A program made the position numbers and the translations under genes. Positions 13,427-24,789 of a DNA stretch of 64,000 nt are shown piece after piece. The stretch comes from Octopus vulgaris (taxonomy: Eukaryota). Numbering within the stretch: position 1 is the stretch's first letter; each line of letters opens with the position of its first letter. The notes under the pieces are model-generated. The model saw nothing but the letters and a program-made list of their open reading frames with translations. It was not told where the DNA came from and did no database searches. The stretch lies in the NCBI GenBank assembly GCA_951406725.2, contig OX597838.1, positions 16,988,001 to 17,052,000 of the forward strand. The letters run 5' to 3'.

Positions 13427-14054
13427 GTCAATCAAAAGCTTGTAAGCGAAATTTGATAGACAGAAACTGTGTGTAAAGCCGCCTGAGGAACTGTTCTTAC
13501 TTCCGGATGTAGACTGAAATACATCGCCCGTTTACTTCTAGAATCTGGTCCTTGGGTGACTTTCGTAGAGTCCACCCTGTTACAAGATTTTAGGATTGGA
13601 GTTAACTTCCCTCTCATCCCTTAATTTTAGAAAAGTCTAAACAAAGGTTGCACTCTCTGCCCTTCCTCATTCGACTAAGTCACGAGAAAAGAAAAGAAAG
13701 AAAAAAAATGGAAAGTAATTCTTAACAGAAAGTTCAGGAAAGGATTGACAGCCGGACGCTTCCTCAGTCTTTGTTATCGATTTGATATCAACTGTTGGGG
13801 GTTGTCAAAGGCACTTATTATCAAAGTGATATAGTAAGTAGGAAAGAAATATTATATTATCCACACCTTATGGGTTCAAATGCTTTCATCTATTCGGGGT
13901 TGATAAAAGAAATACTTGGACTCACCCAAGGACCAGATTCTGGACGTAAACGAGCGATGTATATAAGTCTACATCCAAAAGTAAGAACAGTTCCTCAGGC
14001 GGGTTTACACACAGTTTCTGTCTTTCAAATTTCGCTTACAAGCTTTTGATTGAC
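13427..14054. repeat. Inverted repeat, about 130-bp arms (13427-13559 and 13922-14054)
   Basis: GTCAATCAAAAGCTTGTAAGCGAAATTTGA...GGTCCTTGGGTGA; the ORF track shows mirrored TQGPDS...SLTSF peptides. Confidence 0.85.
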
Positions 14055-14644
14055 TCTGGAGTCTATGTAATCAACTTAACCTCGCCATCCGCTACAGCCC
14101 AAATTGCTGGCCTTGTGCTAAAATTTGAAACCATTATTATCCACACCTTTATACTGTGTGGATATTCAAAAAAGATGCAAGACCATTTGGAAAGGATAAA
14201 ATTACTTATTTTAAAGAAAGATAATTCAGACAAGAGATGAGAGTTACGTCCCTTGTCCTAACAATGTCCTTCGCTAAATTTCGATAATTTAAAAAAAATC
14301 GTTTTTGATATATTTCAGTAAACGATGTGATTTGGAGGTTAAATATCTCGGATGTGAGGACATTTATTCATTGATAAAATCTCAAAAGCAATTTCAACCA
14401 AAAATTGAAAATGTTGTGTAGATTCAGTTTCCTAAGAATTCACTGCCAAAAAAAAAAAATAAAAATAATTACATTTTGAGAAAATGTTTCATAAGAAAAA
14501 ATTCACCTTTAAAACTTTTTTACTTTATAAAAATACGAACGTATTAATTTTTTTAAAGGCAATGCATGGCAGGGTTTTATTTGTTATATATATATATCAT
14601 TCCTTAATTGCGGGATCACTATCGTTGTCATTCATTCAGTCCAA

Positions 14645-14693
14645 ATGCCGTCTGTCAACAACGATCTGTCGTCTCCGTCCACGAAAATAACGT
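14645..14693 (+). CDS. PDX2: PDX2 putative coding exon 1 (MPSVNNDLSSPSTKIT)
   Basis: ATG at 14645 and a strong GTAAGT donor at 14694. The exon is 49 nt (phase 1), which matches the 14 nt before the in-frame ATG of exon 2. It may instead be partly 5' UTR, with translation starting at 23075. Confidence 0.6.
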
Positions 14694-15535
14694 GTAAGTC
14701 GGCCGTGACAATTATTTTACCATCATATCCTTTATTATTGTATATAATTAATTAACAACGTAGCTAGGGTGCAGGTTGATGCACTGTTTATATTTTCGAA
14801 GCGAATTATCGTGTAAGGTGCGTGTTTTTGAAGTGAATTGTTTTGAAGGGTGGAAAATGATTTTCTGCACATTACGTAATCCGCAGAAAGGTTGCGATTC
14901 CTTGATCGAACTGTTTCATTTAAATACACCCACAATCATATACCTACACATGAACACAATCATATATAAGAGTACACACAACACGTAAACACACACACAC
15001 ATACACACGCACACACACACACACACACGCATGTATTGATTTGTAGGTATCGGAGTCGATATATAATTTGTGAGTTTCGATTTTCGTTCTAAACACATGA
15101 CTTTCTGTATCTTCAAAATGTTACCACCTTGAGTAGAGTCAAATGAAGGAGTCACTATATTGTCGCTCGTGCTAGAAATAATAGCAAATTCGCCTTCAAG
15201 TTGCACCACACCGCCTTAAAATGGAAGGGACACGTTGGATAGTGTTACAACACTGTACAAAACAAAATACAGAAGCCTCTATTTAGTTAAACAATTGCTA
15301 GAAATAGCAACCAAACCCCCATTGCATTAGAATCTACTGTGTTAAACAAAGGACACATTAGATAATGTGGATCTATAAATAAGACCGGATACTAGGTCAT
15401 CTTTGATCATGGGCCTATTCCAACAGGGTTGACCTGGAGCTAAACATCAAGAGAAGGATGGGATGATCAAGGCTGTAACAATTTTAGATCGGTTCGCATA
15501 GGGCCGACCCGGTGCTCTATAACACGCGATTTTTG

Positions 15536-15802
15536 GGTACTATTTAAGAAGAGTGGTGCCGGTGCACTCACTCGCGTACTTCCGCATCCGCGCTAGCCAG
15601 GTGTGACTAGTCGATCCTAGAACGACTACCTAGCAAAGTAAATAAAACACGAAAACACAAAATAAATTATTATTTTACACAAAGTAAATAAAACACAAAA
15701 ACACAAAATAAATAATTTTTTTTAAACAAAGTAAATAAAACAAAAACAGAAAGTAAGGATCGCGAGTGCACGCACCGGGACCACTCTTCTTAAATAGTAA
15801 CC
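15536..15802. mobile_element. Merlin-like MITE
   Basis: TIR GG(T)TACTATTTAAGAAGAGTGGT.CCGGTGC; 8-bp TSD GATTTTTG. Confidence 0.8.
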
Positions 15803-16337
15803 GATTTTTGTAAACTATGAATCTAAATTGCAACCTCTTGAGGATGACATCGAGGTTCACACAAACTGACTTTTTTATTTTTTAATTTTTTATTGCCCAC
15901 ATAGTTTCTTATTTCTTTATTGCCCACAAGGAGTTAAACATAGAGGGGACAAACAAGGATAGATAAAGGGATTAAGTCGATTACATCAACCCCAGTGCGT
16001 AACTGGTACTTAATTTATCGACCCCGAAAGAATGAAAGGCAAAGTCGAACTCGGCGGAATTTGAACTCAGAACGTAACGGCAGACAAAATACCGCTAAGC
16101 ATTTCGCCCAACGTGCTAACGTTTCTGCCAGCTCTCTGCCTTGAGTTTCTTGACATTGTTTCTATTTAAGGACTATGTTGTGTGCTGCTTGGTGAAGAGT
16201 TGGTTTTAATCTCAAATCTGAATAGTGGTTTGCAACAGAATGTCTCTTAGGAATGCACAATTGTTCTTTACATTAGATATGTTCACCTCTGTAGTATGAC
16301 TTACTCATTGTATGTGCACCAGGTTTTTTTCTGAGGG

Positions 16338-16810
16338 CTCATCATCATCATTGTTCGACCGTGGTCGAGACAATGGAATTTACCACTTCACGGTCCATCA
16401 TAGCATTACGGAGGTCCTGTTGCTGGATGCCTGTATCCCTGGAGATTACATCAGGGTAGGAGAGTGTGCGCCCTCTGGTATTGCGAGTAGATGGCTTCCA
16501 GAGGAGAAGAGTAGAAATTGCCTCGTTTTCAGCTCTACAACAATGTCCAGCAAACTGGACTCTCCTACCTTTCACAAGAGATGACACAGGTGGTAGTTTC
16601 CCATATATTTGCATTTTGGTTGGATGACGCTTCCACGAGAGATTTGAGCTCTCATAAGGAGGCGAGTGTAGGTTCCATCCAACCGCCTCTCAAGCTTCTT
16701 TGATAATGTCCAGGTTTCTGAGCCATATAGTAGAATTGGTTCGACTGTGGCTTTGAAGATTTCAAGTTTGAAGTCTCTACTTAGATTTGATGACCAGATC
16801 TTATGGTATG
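16338..16810 (-). mobile_element. RTE-clade LINE 3' fragment
   Basis: LLYGSETWTL, LDGTYTRLLMRA, RRVQFAGHC, GRTLSYPDVISRDTG; short (GAT)n tail. Confidence 0.85.
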
Positions 16811-18597
16811 AGCACAAGAACAAAGAGAAGATTTATCTACACATTCCATCCATTGTTGCTCAACACAGTTGGTTTTGCTGGTCAATGCCATTGTGTTGAA
16901 TACCAGATCATATCAGATGCTATATTTTGGAGACTTCTCTACCCTAAAACATGATGAAGGCCACTCATCTACACTGATGTTATTATAAGAGATACAGAAC
17001 ATAACATAGTGGATCTGCCAAAGTTAATTGGGATGAAGATTCCTTCTGTAGCATGATATAAATGTATCTTGGTTGTAACCATTTGAAGAAGAAGAGAGCT
17101 GTGTTGTACAATGGCCTTCATTTTCAAGGTGATAGAATGTGATAGGACCTGCTATTTCTTACAGGTCAAATGACTATGAAGTTACTCATGCTTTTGCTGT
17201 TATAAAGAGGCTAGTTTCAATAGATATGTGCATTCTATCTTCCAACTCCATCCTTCTGGTAATGATTCTTCTCTTCATGCTTGACCATTTTCTCAGGGAA
17301 CATTCTTCAGAAATAGCTTTTTGATCAGAAAAGATGGATCTTCTTCCCAATCTGTTAGATAACTTGTTAGTGGAACAGTTTTCTGAAATTTGACCCATAG
17401 AAAAGAATCATTTTAAATGATTTCAGCAGCTCTATATGCCCTCATCTTCATCATTCTTGGTCACAGCTTCCATGTCTTCCAATATTTCCATCCCGATATT
17501 TCCACACATAATCCTTTAAATACCACTCTCATCATCATCAACACCGTTTAACATCCGTTTTCCATCCTAGCATGGGTTGGACAGTTCGACCGGGGTCTGG
17601 GAAGCCAAGAGGCTGCACCAGGCTCCAGTCTGATCTAGCAGTGTTTCTACTGCTGGATGCCCTTCCTAATGCCAACAATTCCGTGAGTGTAGTAGGTGCT
17701 TTTTACATGCCACCAGCACAAGGGCCAGAGGAGGCTGGCAATGGCAACGATTGGTTGGTGCTTTTTATGTGCCACTGGCACAGAGGCCAGAGGAGGCTGG
17801 CAATGGCAACGATTGGTTGATGCTTTTTACATGCCTGGCATGTGTGTGTGTGTGTGTTCATGTTTGTGTCGTCATGATAGTGTCACTGTCATACAAGCAG
17901 TGTCGTTCCTTTCCAATATTCTATATAAACATGTCTGGCCCTGGGGGAATGTTACTTTGCTTAGAAAGCGGTAGCAACAGGAAAGGACATCTGTTTGTAG
18001 AAAATATGCCTCAATAAACCCTGTCTGACCCATGCAAGCAAGGAAAAGAGTATTTTTTCTTTTATCTTTTACTTGTTTCAATCATTAGACTGTGGTCATG
18101 CTAGGGCACTGCTTTGAAGAATTTGTAGTTGAATACATCGACCCCAGTACTTATTTTCTGTTAAGCCTGCTATCAGTCTGTTTTTGCCAAATCACTAAGT
18201 GATGAGGATGTAAACACACCAACACCCAGTGATGGTGAGGGGACAAACAAACAGAGAGGGAGAGAGTGTATGTGTGTGATTGTGTCTTCTTGACAGCACA
18301 TAGTAGTTGTAAATGTCACTATCATACTAACAGTATTCTGCAAAATCATGTTTGGCAATGGGGAAAATATTACCTTGCTTGGAAAAAGGTGAGGGTTTAC
18401 AACAGGAAGGGCACCCGGCAGTAGAAAATCTGCCTCAGTAAATTCCAGTCGACCCCTGAAAGCATGGAAAAGTGGATGTTAAAGTGATGATGATGACTGC
18501 CTATGAATTCACAAAATTAATATGATGTGAAGTAATAACAGGTCTGTGTGTCCTGAAAGAATGCAGCAGAATTGGGTTGTTTTTTTTTAACCTTTAA

Positions 18598-19128
18598 CCC
18601 TTTTGTTACCATGTTTCTGTTGAGATACTCTGTGTTTCTTTCAATTAATTTTAAATATAACAAGGAATTAAATAAAATAACTTAGTTATCATTCAGCTAG
18701 TGTTAAGAACGTAAATTGCGACTAAGGTTTGGTGGAAGATTTTAATTCAAAACTTATGAAAACAAGACATTTGTACTACAGAGCCAGAGGCAGTTTCAGC
18801 CAGGTTGGTATGAAAAAGGTTAAATATAACAAGGAATTTAATAAAATAACTTAGTTATCATTAAGCTAGTGTTAGGAACATAAATTGTGACTAAGGTTTG
18901 GTGGAAGATTTTAATTCAGACATTTGTACTACAGAGCCAGAGGCAGTTACACCCCAGTTGGTATCAAAAGGGTTAAATATAACAAGGAATTTAGTAAAAT
19001 AACTTAGTTATCATTAAGCTTAGTGTTAGGAACATAAATTGTGACTAAGGTTTGGTGGAAGATTTTGAAAACAAGACATTTGTACTACAGAGCCAGAGGC
19101 AGTTACAGCCCGGTTGGTATCAAAAGGG
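18598..19128. mobile_element. piggyBac-type (TTAA) MITE with a triplicated right half
   Basis: TTAA|CCCTTTTGTTACCA ... TGGTATCAAAAGGG|TTAA; three internal units of about 155-170 bp. Confidence 0.85.
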
Positions 19129-19813
19129 TTAAAAAAGAAGGAAAAACAACCCAACCATTATCTTAATGATTAATTTTAGTTAAGTAAGTCAAAGAAGATA
19201 ATATTGTAATTAAGGTTAATTAAAAATAGAATGTAATGAAGATTAAATCTGATCTTGGAAACACAGGATAATTCAGGACCTGTTTAGTGTTATTAGACTT
19301 TATCAGTAAAGTCTGAACTGTTGCTAGATTTATCTGAATGAATACCCAGTGATGTAATGACTTAAAACAGAACAGATTATTTTGTGACCTTTTTTTTTGT
19401 TGTAAATATTTATGAATGTTTGTTACTGTCTTCAAAATTCTGAGTCATGTTGAAAAAACAAAATTAACACTAGATTTGAAAAATCTGCTACCCATCATCA
19501 ATGTATCTAAACTGAAAACTACTTCCCATTTTAGTTTTGACACTATTGAGACCCACTTTTGTCTTCACCAAGGCAATTTGTTTGTTTTTGTTTTTGTTTT
19601 TACTTGTTTCAGTCATTTGACTGCGGCCATGCTGGAGCACTGCCGTTAGTCGAGCAAATCGACCCCGGGACTTATTCTTTGTAAGCCCAGTACTTATTCT
19701 ATCGGTCTCTTTTGCCGAACCGCTAAGTGACGGGGACGTAAACACACCAGCATCGGTTGTCAAGCAATGCTGGGGGGGGGGGGACAAAAACAGACACAAA
19801 AACACACACACAG

Positions 19814-19860
<47 letters not shown>

Positions 19861-20779
19861 CATATATACGACAGGCTTCTTTCAGTTTCCGTCTACCAAA
19901 TCCACTCACAAGGCATTGGTCGGCCCGGGGCTACAGCAGAAGACACTTGCCCAAGATGCCACACAGTGGGACTGAACTTGGAACCATGTGGTTGGTTAGC
20001 AAGCTACTTACCACACAGCCACCAAGCATGTATATTTGAAAGTACTTGCTCTCTTGTCATAATAACTGAAGTAGCTCTAACTCTATATTCTGTTCTATTA
20101 ACCTAAATCATGAATTAATTTCATTGGTTAAGTGAAGTGTTTATTAAAGTTGGACCTTGGCTTTCAATCACCTAACACTATTCATCTCATGTTATTTTGG
20201 GGGTTTGTTTTTCTGCTTTCAAACAATGTAATTTATCTGTATAATTTCATCCTTTCATCTCGAGCCACCAATTCAAATATTATTGAAACCATTCATTGTC
20301 TACATCCATTTCCTCCACCGCTGGGGTCTTGATATGAAACTGAGGCATTCTTTCGATATAGCTCGACAAAATCAAAACATTTCACTTCGGGTATTTCCAT
20401 GGGTTGTGGAGTATAGATATAATGAAGCTGGTGTGGCCTCCTGCCTTGCCAGTCCCCAGTCAAACTGTCCAATCCAATCCATGCCAGCAAAGAAAACGGA
20501 CATTAAAAAGCACCCACTACACTCACAGAGTGGTTGGCGTTAGGAAGGGCGTCCAGCTGTGGAGGCATTGCCAGATAGGACTGGAGCCTGGTGCGGCCTT
20601 CTGGCTTCCCAGATCCCCGGTCGAACCGTCCAATCCATCCCAGCAAAGAAAACGGACATTAAACGATGATGATGATGACCTACAAAGTCCTATTGGATAC
20701 TTGGCATGACAGATTGTTTCAGCAAGTCCAGATAAATGGGATCAGCCTCAGTACCATCAAAAAGAATTGTCCAATTCTT

Positions 20780-21000
20780 CTGAAGATAAGCCACTTCATA
20801 CTGTAACTCCTAGTAAATTAACATAACGTTCCTTCATAACTTGTGGGTTCTCATGTGCTGAGAGTAGATGCAATTGTGACTGGTAGTTGAACCATTTAAT
20901 TTAAATATGGCCTCATCACTCCAGACAACCTTTGTTGGAAAATATGCATCTTCTACACATTTTGCCAAGTACCACTCACAAAACTCCACACTCCAGTCCA
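20780..21000 (-). mobile_element. Tc1/mariner transposase fragment
   Basis: FCEW...[17 protein letters not shown]....HNC, the region of the first catalytic Asp. Confidence 0.65.
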
Positions 21001-22032
21001 GATCATATTGAAAGGCTGCACTGGAGTCCAATGCTTGCTTTAGCATGGTCACTTTGGCTGGATGCCCTTCCTAAAACTTACACTTTATAAGAGTGTACTG
21101 GGTGCTTCTTTTCTTTTCCCCAGTACAAAGGATATCTCTGTAAAACTCACAAAACTTAAGATTCTCTTTTACTGATTAAAAACCACAGAAAATTGCGAGA
21201 CAGCTTTATGCTAGGTTTTTGCGGAGATGTACTTGCATAGCAAGTGATTTGATCTGAGATCGTGTGCTGAAACGAAAACAATTGCAGCGTGGAAGGTGTT
21301 TGTAAGCCATTTAAGAAACACACAAAAGCAGTTCGATTAGGTGTTGAGCAGTTAAGATATAAACCTAGTTTCTTGTTGCAGAGAAACTACATGGCAGTTT
21401 CACATTTTATACGAGTGCATTGGAGTAATTTGGGTGGAGCTGGAAGCATGGTGGTGACAAGTTTGTCAGAGTGGGCCTCAAAGCACCAAAAAGGGTGAAT
21501 AGGTGAGGATGGAGACAGAAGAGTGGGGATGGTGGGTGAGTAGATACTGCAAGTGTGAATGGGGGAGAGTGAGTGAGGGCTGGCTAGAGATGGAGGCAGG
21601 GATGAATGTAGTGAATGGGGAATAAGAGCGGTGGGGTGATTGATGATAAATATGGGTTAAAGAAAGTTTGGGGAGAGGATGTGATGACTGGTGGTACAGA
21701 AATGGGGGAAGAATAGCAGAATAAATAGATGAAGGATGAGAGAAAGGGAGATGTTGAGTAGATGATGGATTGGTAGGTTGGAAGAGTGTGGAGACTGAGG
21801 GATGTATGCAGAAATGTTAGCACGCAGGGCGAAATGCTTAGCAGTATTTCGTCTGACTTCAAATTCCGCCAAGGTTGACTTTGCCTTTTGGGATCGATAA
21901 ATTAAGTACCAGTTATGCACTGAGGTCAATGTAATTGACTTTATCCCTTTGTCTGTCCTTGTTTGTCCCCTCTATGTTTAGCCCCTTGTGGGCAATAAAG
22001 AAATAAGAGGTGGAAGTGGTCAGACATATATA

Positions 22033-22231
22033 CAGGGTGCAGCAGAAATACCTCCCACATTTGAAAGGTTGACAAAAGGAAAAATAAACAACATTTATGA
22101 AAAATTAATTTCACTGTTGTTTAAACAAAGAGTTACAGTTTTTGTTCATTAGCTAAATGCAAACATCATTTGCACTTGCGTAAGTTCTAGGTGAAAGTTT
22201 AAAATGTGAGAGGTATTTCTGCCACATCCTG
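22033..22231. mobile_element. Tc1-type MITE
   Basis: ta|CAGGGTGCAGCAGAAATACCTCCCACATT ... AATGTGAGAGGTATTTCTGCCACATCCTG. Confidence 0.7.
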
Positions 22232-22574
22232 CAGTAGTGAGTCAACAGGAAACGTTTTAAGGAGAGGGAGAGATAATCTGTAGCAGAGAAGGATGATCAA
22301 TGTAAAATATGGATAGAGAGGGACAATGGTTAAAAATGATTGATAGCTCTCAAAGAAAGTGGTTCTGGGCATTGGAGAGTATATCAGCTGAATTGTTGTT
22401 AACAACAAACAAGATGAGGACAAATATCCATCAAATGTAAATACTGTAAATAATTTTCCATCTCTTAGATATAGAACTGTATTCATGCTCTTTATTGATA
22501 TCTAGAATATTTATCTATATGAATTGTTTTTGATGAAAATTTGAAAATGATGACATTCTTCTCAGCAGTAAATA

Positions 22575-22972
22575 AATGGAATAGTTGTATACTGTCAATC
22601 TAACACAAACGTAACAGTAGGGGGTACACCACCGCTGTTTAGCCCTAGGAAGCCTCGACGCCTCCTGATGGCTTTGACACATTTTTCCTGTGTCCTTATA
22701 TACATTTACGAAGGGGAGACATATACCCCCAGCCGCCCGGGCTGCATCTAGGGACACGTGTTTTAGGATGATTGTCCTTCGTCCCTACGTGTCCCTAGAT
22801 GCAGCCCGGGCGGCTGGGGGTGGTTGTCTCCCCTTCGTAAATGTATATAAGGACACAGGAAAAATGTGTCAAAGCCATCAGGAGGCGTCGAGGCTTCCTA
22901 GGGCTAAACAGCGGTGGTGTACCCCACTACTGTCACGTTCGTGTTAGATTGACAGTATACAACCATTCTATT
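22575..22972. repeat. Near-perfect 400-bp palindrome (fold-back element)
   Basis: Arms of about 185 bp (22575-22759 and 22787-22972) with a loop of about 27 nt. It produces mirrored ORFs on both strands. Confidence 0.95.
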
Positions 22973-23060
22973 GCCCCACCACCGTACATGTCTCTTACGA
23001 GAGATTTAGAAATTTAGTATTTCTAATAAATAAATGATGACTTCTTTATATTCCATTTAG

Positions 23061-23422
23061 CAAATCAATCAAATATGGATGAGCAGTGTGAAGAGCAATT
23101 ACATATCGGAATTCTTGAAATTCAGGGTGGCTTTTCTGAACATAAGGCTGCTCTGATAAAAGCTGCACAACTTATGGGAAATGAAGCAATGCTAAAAATC
23201 TATTCTGTACGCAAAGCTGAAGATCTGCTTTCCAAACTTTGTGGTTTGATTATTCCTGGAGGTGAAAGTACTACGATGGGTCTCTTCATCACACGCAACA
23301 AAATGGCAGATGCCCTACAAGACTGGATCAAAGATGAGAAACATATTGTGTGGGGAACTTGTGCTGGCCTGATCATGTTAGCAAATCAATCAGAGAAACA
23401 GAAAATTGGCGGGCAGTCTTTG
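23061..23422 (+). CDS. PDX2: PDX2/SNO/PdxT glutaminase subunit of PLP synthase, exon 2
   Basis: Acceptor ttccatttAG at 23059-60; donor TTG|GTAAGA at 23423. Motifs IGILEIQGGFSEH (consensus GVLALQG.F.EH), GLIIPGGESTT and VWGTCAGLI (catalytic Cys). Confidence 0.95.
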
Positions 23423-23825
23423 GTAAGATATTTGATATTTGATTTCTCATTGTAATAATCAGAATGTACAGTAATGGAGTTGAAGAAATTTATTTATTGA
23501 ACTAAATATCTTAGAGTATTTAGTTTTGGTTCCTCTACAGTTTGGAAGGTTGTAAAGAAAAGGTGGAATCAGATTTTCCTTTCAAGGCTGCACCAGGCCC
23601 AGTCTGATCTGGCAGTGTTTCTACGGCTGGATGCCCTTCTTAATGCCAACCACTCTGTGAGTGTAGTAGGTGCTGTTTACGTGTTCAAAAGAACTGTGTT
23701 AGTTAAGAATTTTATTGCACAAAGTTTGAAATAATATTTTTTTCCTTTCCCGCTGCACATTGACATTACAACTTGGAGTGGTTGTGACCCGATGGGTTAT
23801 GGAGGGTACATCTAGTAATAATAAT

Positions 23826-24480
23826 AATTACGTTTATATATTTGTTGTGCAAGATTTTTTATGTGAAGTCGTGTGTTGAAACAGACATTGTTGTATTTCG
23901 GAATGGTCATTTTGCCAGTTTAGCCAATAAAAATACACGCACTATTAGTGTCCTTCAGCTTCTTGCTAGCCTGGCTATGGCTCACGCTATTACGTAAAAT
24001 ACACCAATCCGACCGTGGCCGTTGCCAGCCTCGCCTGGCACCTGTGCAGGTGGCACGTAAAAAGCACCCACTACACTCACAGAGTGGTTGGCGTTAGGAA
24101 GGGCATCCAGCTGTAGAAACATTGCCAGATAAGACCGGAGCCTGGTGCAGCCTTCTGGCTTCCCAGATCCCCGGTCGAACCGTCCAACCCATGCTAGCAT
24201 GGAGAACGGACATTAAACGATGATGATGATGATGATGATTTGTTGTGCAAGATTTTTTTTATGTGAAGTCGTGTGTTGAAACAGACATTGTTGTATTTCG
24301 GAATGGTCATTTTGCCAGTTTAGCCAATAAAAACACACGCACTATTAGTGTCCTTCAGCTTCTTGCTAGCCTGGCTATGGCTCACGTTATTACGTTTATA
24401 TATTTGTTGTGCAAGATTTTTTACAATGCGTGTGTTTTTATTGGCTAAACTGGCAAAATGACCATTCCGAAATACAACAA
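23826..24480. repeat. Direct duplication (about 155 bp) flanking a SINE, followed by an inverted partial copy
   Basis: 23843-23995 is nearly identical to 24240-24395; 24428-24480 is the reverse complement of part of it. Related copies at 25920-26010 and 33040-33330 (tandem pair). Confidence 0.8.
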
Positions 24481-24499
24481 TAATAATAATGATAATAAT

Positions 24500-24732
24500 A
24501 ATTTCTTTACTACCCACAAGGGGCTAAACACAGAGGGGACAAACAAGGACAGACAAAGGGATTAAGTCGATTACATCGACCCCCAGTGCGTAACTGGTAC
24601 TTAATTTATCGACCCCGAAAGGCTGAAAGGCAAATTCAACCTCGGCGGAATTTGAACTCAGAACGTAGCGCCAGATGAAATACGGCTACGCATTTCACCC
24701 GGCGTGCTAACGTTTCTGCCAGCTCGCCGCCT
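24500..24732 (-). mobile_element. SINE family B ((AAAGAAAT)n tail). Other copies about 15905-16142, 21825-22007, 34073-34438, 39600-40003, 42434-42651, 44625-44785, 48519-49192, 61888-62060
   Basis: GGCGGCGAGCTGGCAGAAACGTTAGC...GAGTTCAAATTCC...GGTCGACTTTGCCTTTCATCCTTTCGGGGTCGAT. Confidence 0.9.
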
Positions 24733-24789
24733 TGTAATAATGATAATAATAATAATAATAATAACAACAACTCGTTTATATATTTTCAG

